From positions 3,712,001-3,776,000 of the forward strand of contig CM000153.2 in NCBI GenBank assembly GCA_000004695.1: a stretch of DNA of 64,000 nucleotides. Direction: 5' to 3'. Position numbers and translations under genes: made by a program. Shown one piece after another: positions 23,644-41,000 of the stretch (position 1 is its first letter; every line of letters begins with the position of its first letter). The notes under the pieces are model-generated. The model did not search any database, was not told where the DNA came from, and worked only from the letters and a program-made list of their open reading frames with translations. Source of the stretch: Dictyostelium discoideum. Lineage: Eukaryota.

Positions 23644-23812
23644 TGGCACAAAATAAAAAAGGATAATTCAATGATAGATGTGCAATATTTTTTATTTTGT
23701 GGTGGCACAAAATAAAAAAGGATAATTCAATGATAGATGTGCAATATTTTTTTTTTTTTTTTTGTGGTAAATTTATTTTAATGATAGTTGCCCAATAATT
23801 TTTATGCAACAA
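23644..23812. repeat. Tandem repeat, ~58-bp unit x2 plus a degenerate third copy
   Basis: The unit TTTTGTGGTGGCACAAAATAAAAAAGGATAATTCAATGATAGATGTGCAATATTTTTTA occurs twice back to back (23644..23760), followed by a diverged partial copy. It is intergenic, ~320 bp upstream of the small gene at 24082. Confidence 0.8.
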
Positions 23813-24081
23813 TAAATGATTGATTTATCTGGCTTTTGAGATTGATAATATAAATTTTTATTTAATACCCCCAATTTTTTATGTATTTGTAAATTAATAA
23901 TAAAAAGAAAAAAATAAAAAAAAAAATAATTTATGGAAAATGAATTCATTTAGAAAAAAAAATAAATAAATAAAAAAAACAAAATGCTCAATAAAAAAAT
24001 GATATAAAAAGGGAAAAAAAAAATAAACAAAACATTAAATCATTTTTTGAAAATAGAAAAACAACAACTAAAAACATTAAA

Positions 24082-24395
24082 ATGACATTATTAAGTATGT
24101 ATTATTTAAATAATAAAAATTTAATCTCTTTTCATACTAATTTATTATTTCATTGTTTTTTTTTTAATTAAAATTAATTTTTTTTTTTTTTTTTACAGAA
24201 ACAATCTCTAATCTTGGTACCAATAATTCTTTGAAGGCCCAATCAAATATACAAATGCAACCAAATGAGCTTTTATTAAATAATAAAAACTCCTTTGGCC
24301 AGAATGAAACAAAGAATTTTGATGTAAATGGATTTTTAGCTACTATGGGCCAAGCTATTGAGATTGCCAGTTTTGCTGCACGTTTTTTTCTTTAG
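24082..24395 (+). CDS. Small protein (69 aa), 2 exons with a 13-nt first exon. Paralogue of 28816..29082
   Basis: The exons are 24082..24094 (ATGACATTATTAA|GTATGT) and 24199..24395, after a TTTTACAG acceptor. The protein is [69 protein letters not shown]. It shares the N-terminal pattern M[ST][IL][IL].TIS.L...NSLK and the exon structure with the gene at 29082. It may belong to a Dictyostelium small-protein family (hssA/2C/7E-like start MT[IL][LF]..IS), but I cannot confirm that. Confidence 0.45.
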
Positions 24396-25675
24396 CTATT
24401 TTGTATGTGATAAATGGCCATTGGTGATGGTGCCAAAATCAATCCTCATCAACTCATAAAAACAAATCTAATTTGGGTGGGATAAAGTAAAGAGAAAAAA
24501 AAAAAAAAATTAAAATAAAATTATATAAAAAAAGAAATGTTTATAACTACCATCGCTACTATTATTATTTTATTATTATTTTTTTTTTGATAATTCTGAA
24601 TTTTTTTTTTTCCTAAATGAGCAATTTGATCTTCCCAAATAAAAATTAATCTATTTTTAATATGTTACTATGTATGATATTAATGAAATTAAAGTGTCTA
24701 TCGATTGTTAATAGCAAGTATCGAACTTAGAAAAAAAAAAAAAAAAAAAAAAAAAAATTAAATTTTTAAAATTGGGTTTTCACTTAATAATTCAGAGTTT
24801 TCTATTTCCATCTTTTCTTTAACATTCATTCAAGCGTGTGGCAAACTGCAATACCTGCAATTTTTTATGAGTTGTAATAAATTTTGTTTTTCAAACCAAT
24901 TTAAACTTGACCAGCGGCCAAAGAAGCATATTTAGGACCAATGGGACATTATTAACCGTGGTTGTTTTAAATTTATTTTTCATGTGAATGGTAAAACAAA
25001 TCAATCATCATAGGACTATAAAATCTGTAAATTTTTGGAAAAAAAAAATTTAGTAAAATTATTTATTTATTTATTAATTTATTTATTTATTGATTTATTT
25101 TGATTCTTTTGTGACTATTGACGAACTTCATAAAAAAAATAAAAAAAAAAATTAAAAAAAATAAAAAAAAAATAAAAAAAAAATAAAAAATTAAATGAAA
25201 AATTTCAGCGTTTAAGGTCGGTTGGTTGCGATTACTTTTAATTTTTAATTTTTTTCTAAATAAACTTTAAAAATAAATTCATTCAAAAATATGCATATGT
25301 ACAAAAAAAAAAAAAAAAAAAATTTAAAAAATAAAATAAAAAAATAAAGATATAATAAAATAAAATAATAAAATTAAATAAAAAAAAAGAAATGATTTAT
25401 ACCAATTTTATAAAAAATAAATATCTCAATTTTTTTTTTTTTTTTATTTTCGGAAAAGGTATTTTCAACCTGCTCAGCGATCATTTCAGACCAAATAAAA
25501 TATTTTTTTTTTATTTTTTTTATTTTTTTTTTTTTTTATTTTTTTTTTTTTCTATTTTTAAACGTCCAGCTGGTAATAATTATTTTGTTATATAACTTAT
25601 AACCTTTTTTTTTTTTTTTTTTTAATTTTTTATTATAATGAAGAAAATAAAAATAAATAATAAAAAATAAAAAAA

Positions 25676-28354
<2,679 letters not shown>

Positions 28355-28485
28355 AGAGGGAGAGAGTGAGAAATAAAAAAAATAAAAAAATAAAAAAAAA
28401 AGAAAAAATAATATGTTATATTAAAATAAACAAATAATAAAATTTTTTTTATTTTTGTGTTTATTATAATCTACACATTTTTTGA

Positions 28486-28565
28486 TCACACATTTCTTGG
28501 TCACTTTGGCCAACAGTTTGAATGGAGTTTGATCTTTGGCTATCATTTAATGAAAATTGAGTGCT
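28486..28565 (+). repeat. Dispersed conserved 80-bp element, copy B
   Basis: TCACACATTTCTTGGTCACTTTGGCCAACAGTTTGAATGGAGTTTGATCTTTGGCTATCATTTAATGAAAATTGAGTGCT lies 130 bp downstream of the FNIP gene stop. A perfect 7-bp hairpin, ACACATT-tcggg-AATGTGT, follows it at 28567..28585. Confidence 0.8.
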
Positions 28566-28815
28566 ACACACATTTCGGGAATGTGTAACAAACGTACTCA
28601 ATTTTGTTAATTCTGATAATAAATAAAAAAAATAAATAAAAAAGATTTTAAATGATTTATTTTCATTTTAATAGTAATTATATAACATTTTATTGATATT
28701 GTTTGAAATTAGAATGAAAATCTTTTTTTAAATTTATTATCAGAAAAAACAAAATATATTGAATATAGTTTACAAAATGAAGAAATTATATAGTCTTTTT
28801 TTCTTTTTTTTTTAT

Positions 28816-29082
28816 TTAATTCTTTAACTTTTCAAAACCATCTTTTGTTTTGTTATATGATTTTGTAAAAAATTCTGTGAATTTACTACTTGTTTCGTTG
28901 TGAGTATAGTTATTTACAGTTGTACCATTTAAATTCCCGATTGTGATATTTGATTTTAATGAATTTGATAAACTTAATTTTGAAATAGTATCTTTTAAAA
29001 TTTAATTAATAAAAAGAATAAAAAAAAATAAAAAAATAATATATTAAAAAATTAAAAAAAAAAACTTACTAATGATTGACAT
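28816..29082 (-). CDS. Small protein (62 aa), 2 exons with a 13-nt first exon. Paralogue of 24082..24395
   Basis: The exons on the minus strand are 29082..29070 (ATGTCAATCATTA|GTAAGT) and 28991..28816, after a TTTTAAAAG acceptor. The protein is MSIINTISKLSLSNSLKSNITIGNLNGTTVNNYTHNETSSKFTEFFTKSYNKTKDGFEKLKN. Confidence 0.45.
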
Positions 29083-29688
29083 TTTTTTTATTTTTTTTAT
29101 ATAATTTATTGTTTTACTTTTTTTTTTTTTATTTGTTTGAAAATGATTAAATAATATTTTTTTTATTTTCACACTTTAAATAGTTTTTTTTTTTTTTTTT
29201 TTTTTTTATTTTATTTTATTTTATTTTATTACTTATTTTGAAAATAAATAAAATTTTTAAAAAAATAAAATTATTTGATTTACATCATTCACAATTTAAT
29301 ACTTTTATTAATAAAAAACACACCAAATAGTACATATAAAAATATAAATAAACAATCCCCACATTTTTTTTTTTATCTTTTTATATTATAAAAGATTAAA
29401 AAAAAAAAATATATACCATTTTTGTACAAATTATTAAGATGTGTGGTATTAAAATCAAAATTAATGAATAATTTTAAATAAATCGAAAAAAAAAAAAAAA
29501 TCATGATTATTTTTGTTTAATTTTATATTAAAAGCCAATTAATCAAATAATGGCGTTTTATTTGTTTTTTTTGTAAGATGTTTAATAAGATTAATATTAC
29601 TGGTGATATTTATATAATTATTATTATTATTATTATTATTATTTTGTTTTCTCATCTTTTTTTTTATCTTTTTTTTTTTATCTTTTTT

Positions 29689-29729
<41 letters not shown>

Positions 29730-29818
29730 AAAATTGTTAATTATTATTGGTATTGTTTCTGTTTTTATTTTTTTTATTATAATATGATTATTATTTTATA
29801 ATTTTTGTTTGTTTGTTT

Positions 29819-31117
29819 TTATCTTAAAGTTGAAATTGTTAAAGGTTTGTATGGTGATGCATTATTATTATTATTTGAAAGGGGTGAAAAGATAATATTT
29901 GAAGGAGTATTTGGCTTTGTAATTGATTTTGGACTTAAAACTGAATTTTTAATATTGTTACTATTGGTAATATCTTTGAGTGGTGTTGATGTAGAACCTT
30001 TAGCAGTTGTGGTGGTAGCATTATTGGATGAAGAACTAGTAGTTGTTGTTGTAGCCGACTTTTTAACAGGGGTCAAAACACGTTTAAATGGTGATTTCTT
30101 TATACCAGCTGGAGAAGTGACAACTCTATTTCGAGCAGGTGAGCCATTAACACGAGATGGTGATGAATTACTTTGAGCGAATTTTGAGGATGTCTTTCTT
30201 AATTTTACACCTGTAATATCGGCCATAGAGATAGAGAATTGTGGCACACCATTAGATTTCTTTGAAGCTAAACTATTACTACTACTACTTGGAGTTGAAA
30301 CAGGTTGCACCACGATTGGTTTAGGTTTAAAAACCATTGGTGGTGGTGGTGGTGGTGGAGGTGGTGGAGCAACAAATGGTTGTGGTGGTTGTTGAATGAT
30401 TGATGTTGGTTGTTGTTGAATTAATGATGCTGCATTTATAATTTGTTTTAATAATTCATGATATTGGTTAAGGTTTTGTTTATGAATTTGATTTTGTTCA
30501 TTACGCATTCTTTGAATTTCTTTCTCTAAATTTACAATCTTTTGTTCCAATTGTACTATCTTTAATTGATCATTTAAATCGTCAACTGTTATATAACTAC
30601 CACCCAATGAACTTAATGAACTACCATTATTATTATTATTATTTGATGATTGGCTTTCATTAAAATGGTGGTGTTGTTGTTGTTGTTGAATTATAATTGA
30701 TGGTGAATTGCTATTGCCATTGGTACTATTATTATTATTATTACTATTTGTTGAAAATGTTATATTATCTTTTTGACTAATTGTTATATTACTATCTGTT
30801 AATTTATTTACATTTAATGATTGTTTTTGTATAGTTAAAAATGATTTTAAGTAGTTGAAAAGTACATCAAATTTATTAAAGAATGAACCAAATAAAAATG
30901 AACCATTTAAAACATTATAGCATTGGTTAACCATTACATTTACTCCACCACCATTTCCATTTTTATTATTATTATTTTTATTATTACTATTTACAAGGCT
31001 ATTACTATTTATTAATTTATTATTTGTATTATGGAGGAGAATTAATTCATTATCATTTTTATTTTTTTTATTTTGTTTATTTTTTCTATTTTTTTTTCTT
31101 TTATCTCCAATCGCCAT
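29819..31117 (-). CDS. Pro-rich protein with coiled coil and a WH2-like actin-binding motif, 432 aa, single exon
   Basis: It has an ATG start and a basic N-terminus. There is a coiled-coil segment (LKIVQLEQKIVNLEKEIQRMRNEQNQI). A poly-Pro stretch PPPPPPPPPP is followed by ..ISMADITGVKLRKTSSK, which is WH2-like. The C-terminus is S/T-rich. Confidence 0.6.
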   Translation of the reverse strand: MAIGDKRKKNRKNKQNKKNKNDNELILLHNTNNKLINSNSLVNSNNKNNNNKNGNGGGVNVMVNQCYNVLNGSFLFGSFFNKFDVLFNYLKSFLTIQKQSLNVNKLTDSNITISQKDNITFSTNSNNNNNSTNGNSNSPSIIIQQQQQHHHFNESQSSNNNNNNGSSLSSLGGSYITVDDLNDQLKIVQLEQKIVNLEKEIQRMRNEQNQIHKQNLNQYHELLKQIINAASLIQQQPTSIIQQPPQPFVAPPPPPPPPPPMVFKPKPIVVQPVSTPSSSSNSLASKKSNGVPQFSISMADITGVKLRKTSSKFAQSNSSPSRVNGSPARNRVVTSPAGIKKSPFKRVLTPVKKSATTTTTSSSSNNATTTTAKGSTSTPLKDITNSNNIKNSVLSPKSITKPNTPSNIIFSPLSNNNNNASPYKPLTISTLR

Positions 31118-31716
31118 TTTGAAAATATATGTAATTATTGTTTTTTATTTATTATTTTATTTTATTTTATTTTATTTTATTTTATTTTATTTTATTTTAT
31201 TTTATTTTTTTTTTTTTTGTGTGTGTATACAAATGTACAAATATAATTTACAAAATTATTTTACTTTATTGTGTATACTGAAACATGAAATAATAAATAA
31301 TATAATAATAAAAAAAAAAAAAAAAAAAAATTCTGGTATGATTTTTTTTTTTTTCCTTTTTTTTTTTCTTTTTTTTTTTTTTTTCCAGCGGGAAAGTTTT
31401 AACAACTAAATTTTAAATTATTTTTAAAAAAAAGAGGCAAAATTTTAATTTAAATCTTTTTTTTTTTTATTTTATAAAAAAATATTAATATCTTTTTTTT
31501 TTTTTTATTTTATAAAATATATATATATTATTATTTTTTTTTTTTTATTTTTTTTTTTATTTATTATTCTTGTATTTTTTATTATTAATTTAAAAAAGAT
31601 AGGTAAGAAAAATATTAATAAAACAAATTATCTATTATTCTTTTTTTTTTTGGTGAACTAATTTTCTTTGATGGAGGTTGTGATTGTGTTGAATTTTCTA
31701 TTTTTCATTCAATTTT

Positions 31717-31752
<36 letters not shown>

Positions 31753-31920
31753 TATAGAAAAATAATATATCTTGTTATAAAAAAACTAATAATTCCCAAA
31801 AAATGCGCTCAAAAAAAAAAAAAAAAATAAAAAAAAATAAAAAAATAAAAAAAAATAAAATTTTAAAAAAAAAAAAAAAAAAAAAATTTTTAAAAAAAAA
31901 AAGAAAAAGAAAAACCCCCC

Positions 31921-33591
<1,671 letters not shown>

Positions 33592-33814
33592 AGAAAAATA
33601 AATAAATAAATAAATAAAATAAATATTATACAATAAAAACAAAAAACAATAATAATAAAAAAAGAATGTAATGTTTGATTGTGTATATGTATATATGTGT
33701 ACTTTATTGTAGTATGATATGAATGTGTATTTATTATTATTATTATTATTATTATTTGAAGGTGTTAATTGTGTTAATTGTGTGTCTGTGTGGTATGTAC
33801 TTCTTTAATGTTTA

Positions 33815-34070
33815 TTAATTATGTACGAATAAAGAATAATCTTTAATTTTGAATGATTTTAACATTGTTAAAAATAATTGTTCAGATTTTGATTGATCAT
33901 TTGATGGTGTTAAATTTTGAACGACCGCCACACTGCTACTTGTTGGTGCTAATGCAATAGCTTCATTAAAGGTAATTAAAAGGTCTGTTTTTGATTTTTC
34001 TAATCTAACCAATGCCATATATATATTAATCTGTGTATTATTATCATTTAAATTATTGTTTGAATATTGG

Positions 34071-34101
<31 letters not shown>

Positions 34102-34620
34102 AGTAGAAGAAGAAGAATATGTGTCAAGATGTAATCCTATTATTACTTGTTTTTTATGATGATGATGATGATGATGTTGTTGTTGTTGTTGTTGTCGTCG
34201 TTGTTGCTGTTGTCATCATAGATTATTGATAAAATAAAAAAAACCTACAGTATTTTCAGCGGTTTCATTAAATTTGGCTATCTTTTGTTGTGCTAATAAA
34301 ACGTATTTTGGAATGGATGCATCAAAATTTGGCATTTCAGCTTGTGTTAATTCTCTAAAGTTTAAAATCACTGATTTATCAGTGGAGATACCTGCATCTT
34401 CAACAAGGACTTCATAGTGATGTTTGATGGCATTTGCATTTGAAATATGGTCTTGGAATTCGTTTAATTCAATGATTACACTTTGATCTGATTTCTCATC
34501 AGAGAATAATTCTTGATGATCTGGTATATGTCTATAACTTGTAACATCAATGAATCTTCTTGGTATATCAATTTCAATTGCTCCACCATATAATTGTCTT
34601 TTTTCAAAAGTTTCTGACAT
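33815..34620 (-). CDS. Mog1/RANGRF (Ran guanine nucleotide release factor), ~195 aa, 2 exons
   Basis: The exons on the minus strand are 34620..34249 and 34030..33815, with a GTAGGT..ACACAG intron in phase 0. MSETFEKRQLYGGAIEIDIPRRFIDVTSYRHIPDHQELFSDEKSDQSVIIELNEF... and ...ALVRLEKSKTDLLITFNE are collinear with human MOG1 (LFGGAFSAILP..IDVSDLRPVPDNQEVF..DQSLIVELLE; LLRLPQYQTDLLLTFNQ). Confidence 0.8.
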
Positions 34621-34933
34621 TTTTTTTTTTTAATTAATTAATTTTAATTTTAATTAAATTTTAAAATGTTTTTATATTAATATTTAAATAATTATTTAAA
34701 TAATTTATTTTGTGTTTGTATCTGAAAAGATAAAAAATAAAATATAAAAAAAAAAAAAAGTAAAAATTTTAATTTATATTTTTTTTTTTTTTTATTCCCG
34801 AAAAATCTTCAAAGTGTTGAAGAAATTTTGTTTATGTAATATTTTCACGGGTTCTCAAAAAAAAAAAAATATAAAAATAATTAAAAAATAAAAATTAAAT
34901 AATTAATTTAAAAATAACAAAAAAAAAAGATAT

Positions 34934-34966
<33 letters not shown>

Positions 34967-35166
34967 CAAAAATACTTGACTATTTTGTAAACCTTAATGG
35001 GTTCTAAAATTAAGAAAATGGATATTTATTTTATTTTTGTTTTATTTTTGTTTTGTTTTATTTTATTTTATTTTTTTAAATAAAAAATTTAATTTTTTAT
35101 TTTTTTTTATTTTTTTTTTTTATTAATATTTATTATTAATTTAAATTTACATGTAATAAAATAAAA

Positions 35167-35718
35167 ATGAGTAATAAAATTAATAATTTATTTATAGAAT
35201 TATCAAAAGAATTAATTAAAGAAAAAGAAGAATTGGAAAAAGGAAAAGAGGAATTGGAAAAGGATAAATGTAAATTCATGTCAATGAGTAAAAGAATTGA
35301 ACAAATAAATGAGAGTGAACCAATTACATTATATATTGGAAGTGGTGGTAATAATAAATATATAACAAGAGTATCAGTATTAAAAAGGTTTCCAGATTCA
35401 TTCTTTGGTGTAATGTTTTCAGGTAGACATCCATTAAAAGAGTTTAATAATAAACCTAGGTCATATTTCATTGATAGGGATGGAGATTACTTTAATTTCA
35501 TTTTAAATTATCTTCGTGGTGATAAAATACTAATTCCAAAAGATAATTTCATTTTAAAAAAATTAATAATAGATTGTAAATTTTATATGTTACCAGAATT
35601 AGAAGAAAAATTTAAACAAGAATATTTAAAAATTAATTCAAATTATCATTATAATAATAATAATAATAATGGAAATAATAGTAATATTAATATAAATAGT
35701 ATTTTTAATAAAAAATGA
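35167..35718 (+). CDS. KCTD-type BTB/POZ (T1) domain protein, 183 aa, single exon
   Basis: There is an N-terminal coiled coil (KEKEELEKGKEELEKDK), then the BTB ITLYIGSGGNNKYITRVSVLKRFPDSFFGVMFSG...SYFIDRDGDYFNFILNYLRGDKILIP. Confidence 0.75.
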   Translation: MSNKINNLFIELSKELIKEKEELEKGKEELEKDKCKFMSMSKRIEQINESEPITLYIGSGGNNKYITRVSVLKRFPDSFFGVMFSGRHPLKEFNNKPRSYFIDRDGDYFNFILNYLRGDKILIPKDNFILKKLIIDCKFYMLPELEEKFKQEYLKINSNYHYNNNNNNGNNSNININSIFNKK

Positions 35719-36301
35719 TTAATTAAATTAATTAATTTCCATTTTTTTCTTTTTTTTTTTTTTTTAAAATCATTTTTTTAATTTTTTTTTTTTTAAAAAA
35801 AAAAAAACTTTCGTTTATTTATTTATAACTAATTCAAGAATATGAAAAAACGATAGAAAATTAAAATTTATTTTTTTTTTTATTTTTTTCTCAATTTTTT
35901 TTTTATTTTTTATTTTTTTTTTCCAAATTTTTTTTTTTTTTAAAAAAAATCGTTTTTTTCGTTTTTTTTTTTTTTTTTAATCTCTTTGAGAATCACAAAC
36001 AACAAATACTATTTCTTTTTTTTTTTTTTTTTTTTCATTAAGAATCCATCTTTTTTTTTTTATTAACCGCAATATAAAAATATTATCAAATAATATTTTT
36101 TTTAAAATTCCAAATTATAATAAATTTTTAATAATTAAAAAAAAAAAAAAATTTTAAAAAAAAAAAAGGGGTGGTCTCTCAACAAATTCAAATCACTCCC
36201 CACCCACCCACCCGTCTTTCTATAATAACATCACCACAACCACCATATATAAAACGCAAAAAATAAAATAAAATTAAAAAATAATAATAAAAATTTAAAA
36301 A

Positions 36302-37971
36302 ATGACAACATCATTAGATAAACAATTATTACAAGTTAAAGAAAAGATACATTATGTAGATGTATCAAAGAAAAGAGATTCATTATTATTTGGAGCAGTT
36401 GAAGCAGCCAATATTGATTTAGATTCAGTGTTGGCAATGGGACAAGAAGGTTTAAGTGAATTGATAAATATAGATTCAAGATTTAAATGTTTTCAATTGA
36501 CATTGTTTTCCGATAATTCAAAATCATTCAATAGAGTCTTGGAGAACAAAGAAGAAAATAACAAAATTGATATTGAAATTAATAAATTTTTAGAATTACA
36601 ATCAAATTATTTCCTTTTATCTTCCGCTCATAAATCATTAGAATGGTTAATTCGTAGATATAGAATTAATGAATTCAATATAGATTCAATCATCTCCTCA
36701 ATTATACCTTATCATGAATCAAATATTTTTGCTAAATTTTTATCAATTTTAAGATTTGAGTAAGTAAAAAAAAAAAAAAAAAAAAAAATTATATTCTTTT
36801 ATTAATTATAAAATTTTCTTTTTTTTTTTATTTTATTTTATTTTAATTTAGGTTTAATAAAAAATGGCAATTTTTAACAGGAGTACAAGAAAATAAAGTT
36901 TATATACCAAGAGAATATTTCATTGGTGTTGTTGGGTCACATCCATTCTTTTTAGAATTTATTTACAGTACAATTGAAAATTATGATAAAAAAGATGTCA
37001 TGTCAAAACCGTTAATCTCATTTTTTACCGCTTTTTTAATTGAACTTTTATCTGCAAATACTACATCATACATTAGAGATACTTTATCATGTTTAACAAA
37101 ATGTTTAAAGAGTAAAAATAGTGATTTACAAGTAAGTAAAATTTATCTCAAAATTAATAACCCCAAGCATATGCAAATTTATTTTTACACCTTTTTTTTT
37201 TTTCAAAAAAAAAAAAACGACCGAAAAAAAAAAAAAAAAAAAACTCAAAATTTTATTTTTTTTATTTTTTTATTTTTTTTTGAAAAAAAACCGATAATGC
37301 GTGATCTCACAAAATGTCTTATACTAACATTTTTTTATTTTTTTTATTTTTTTTTTTATTTTTTTTTTTTAATTAATTAGCTTTCAAGTTATATGATCCT
37401 TAGTATTATTGCTTCAAAGGTTACACTTTCAAAGGATGTAATTGAATTATTATTTAAAACTACATTGAAACATTGTACCAACAATTTTAGTCAAGCTTTC
37501 ACCTTCTTAATGGTTTTATTCCAAAAACAAAAGTTTGATTCATTACCAAATGAAACCTTAAAAACTTTAGTATCAATTCCGTAAGTAATTAACTTTTTTT
37601 CTTTTTTTTTTTAAAAAAAAAAAAAACTAAAATCTAACATATTTTTAATTTTTTTTTAAAGAGCACTTTTTGAAATTTTATTAGATTTCAATTCACAAGA
37701 GAAATCATTAGATAGAGTATTATTAATTTTATTTAAATATTTATCAAAGAGTTGCATTGAATCAGCAGAAAGTTATACATTGTTAAGTCAATTAATTGAG
37801 GAGTTGGTTCCAATTTCAAATCAATACCATGTTTTAATCTTTAATACTTTAACAAAATCATATTTAGCAACTACTAAAAATTCAAGTAAAGATGAAGTTG
37901 ATGAATCAGTTATAAATATTTTAAGATCATTAAATTCTGAAGTTGTTCAAGATGAATTTAAAAAACTTTCA

Positions 37972-38010
<39 letters not shown>

Positions 38011-41000
38011 CAAAAACTAAATGAGATTATAAAATTACAAAAATCAGTACTTCAACAAAAAACAATTACAACATCATCATCAAATACTATTTTCTTAAAA
38101 TTACAAAGTAATATACCATCAGAACGTAAAGAAGGTTTAACATTATTTAAAAAGGAGTATTGTTCAAAAACAGGAAAAGAAAAAGAAGAGACAACAACTA
38201 GTACTGATTTCAATAGTATTTCAAAATCATTTTCATCAACAATTTATCAACGTTTAATTGATTCTGATGGTTCAATTGTAAAGGAAGCTTGGAATTTACC
38301 ATCATTAAATTTAATAGTTTCACCAAAAGAATTATTAAAAGCAAGTATTGAATTCTTTAAAGTTCAATCATTCTTAAATGATAAGAAATTATTAGATACA
38401 GTTTTATCAACAATAACAAGTGTAGTTGTCAATCAATCTTCAAATTCTTCTTTAACACCAGATTTTGTTTCAATTTTATTACCACAACTTTTAGATATTT
38501 CAACCACTACCACTACCACTGCCACTTCAATAATAAAGAAATTAAACAAAGATATTCATCCAATTTTTAATAATATTACATCATCAAATATAGAATCATT
38601 AATTAAATCAATTTCAACAAATTTAGATAAAGAATCAAATATTACTTTTATAAATCAAATTTCAAAATCAACTTTTTCAACTTTTAAATCTGATATTTTC
38701 ATAATATTAATTTTATTAAATTCAATAATAAGTTGTAATAATAATAATAATAATAAGAAAAATAATAATAATTTAATTTACCAAATGTTTAATATAATAG
38801 TAGAAATTTCAAAATCATATTTATCAAAAGAAGAATCAATCATAACTAATATTAATAATTTACAAGAAGTTTATAAAATAATTAATGAAAATAATAATAA
38901 TAATTTTAATTTAAAACAACAAATTAGTTTAATTTGTTCATTATTATCAATAGCGATTGATTCTTTATTTACAATTTCACCAGAACAATTTATGAAACAA
39001 CTTCAAAATTCATCGTTATCATCTTCATCAAATACAATTGAGGAGAAAATGATTAAAGAAATTCAAAATATTTGTAAATTAATATTTAATAGTAAAATTA
39101 CAAATATTGATTTAGTATTAAGAAGTATTGTAAAGAAATTCTTTGGTAATCAATTAGTATTCTTTAAATTTTTATCACAATTTTGGGAAGTCAATGAAAA
39201 TAGTGAAAATCAAGATATTACAACCATTTATCAATCACTTTGCCTTAGTGGAATTTTAGTAAACTCAAAATCATTCAATCGTTACCTTATAAATAATAAT
39301 CAAGCAGTAGCTTTAATTCCATATTTATTATTATTAAAAAATCAAGATTCCTCAATTAGATCAACTTCCCTTGATTCAATTCAAGAGATTTATAAACAAA
39401 TTAAGTCTTCATCAATTGAAGCATCATCTTCAACAACAACATCAAATAGATTAAATTTCTATACATCAAATCAACCAACTATTGAATTAAAAGTTTTAAT
39501 TAAATTCTTGGCTCAATTGGTTCAATATAAGAATGAAATTACAATGGATAAAACATTTTTGGATAGTTATTTCTCAAAAGTTTTATTCAATTCTCAAATT
39601 AGTTCAAGTTCTAAAGCTTCTTCAAGTAGTGATGATGATGATGATGATGATGACGATGTCGATCAAGATGTATCAAAAATGACTAAACAAGATATTGAAT
39701 TAATTGGTAAATTCTTAATTTCAAGTTCATTACTTATTGAATCATTATCAAGTAGATTAACAATGTTACAATCATTACAATCTATTAAAGATGATGTTAC
39801 ATTTGTTGAAGTTACCATCAACTATATTAGCCAATTATTGGAGAATGTTAAAAATGCCACTCTTACATATGATGAATCTTTAATTTTAGATATCCTCTTA
39901 AAGAGATTAGGTCAAACATCAGTACTTACAAATCCAAAAACCAAGAAACAATCATTATCATTATTCATTTCATCTTTATCAATTTCAAATGAATTAGATT
40001 TGACTATTGCTGGTGGTGGTAATGATAAACCAATTAAATATACACCATTGGTTGCCTTAATTGGTTCAATTAATAAATCATTATTATTAACTGTACCAGT
40101 TAAAGAACAAATTGGTATTGTTGAAACAGTACTTTCTTATTTCTTCTCTGAGAGTAATCAAATTAAACAATTGGCAAAGAATACTTTATTATCCGTATTA
40201 GTCGATGCAACTGTTATTTTACCAATGTTATTACCAGAGAAACAACCACAACAACAACAACAATCTACAACATCTTTACCAATTCCAAGATATAATTCAT
40301 TATTTGAATTGATTAGATTAAATTCATCAAAAATTAATGGTATTTCAATTTTAGTAACACCAATTTTATCAATTATTAAAAAGATGGAAACTAGTATTGT
40401 TGAAAATGTTGAAAAGGATGCATTGGAATATTGTAAACAATTGGCTATGGCATCACTTGGTTCAATTATTGATTGTTCCAGTGTAAAGGATGTTAAGAGT
40501 TTGGAAACTTCATTTGATATTTCAATTATAATTAAATGTGTTGAATCATCAAATAATCTTCAAACTTGTAGTAGTGCATTAATATTACTCTCAAACATGG
40601 CTTCTAAATTCCCACAAAAATTATTCAAATTTATGGAATCAATTATAAAGATGATTAAATTCGTATTGACCAATGGTGATGATAATTTCTCATTCATGAT
40701 CTTGGAGAGATTCTTAATTCAATTATTACCAAGTTTGGTCAAACAAGGTATTTCATTGGTTCAAATCTTTAAATTATTCTTGGATTCGTTCTCTTCAATT
40801 CCAAAGAAATTCCGTTTACAATTATTCAATTGTATTTGTCAATCGGTCGCTTATAAACAGTTACATATATTGTTTAGTTTAATTCTTACAAAGAAGATTC
40901 AAGATTTACGTATTATCACTAATAAATTGAAACATTTAGATAAAGATACCATAATGAGCTCTGATGAACAAATTAAAGAAGAGATCGATTATGAACAATT

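Noticed and set aside
31596-31760. Candidate 5' exon(s) for the RING-finger gene (ATG at 31671 followed by GTTGTG; GTAAGA donor at 31601)
   Set aside because: No combination gave an ATG-initiated exon joining in frame to 31894.. through canonical signals. The 5' end is left unresolved rather than invented.
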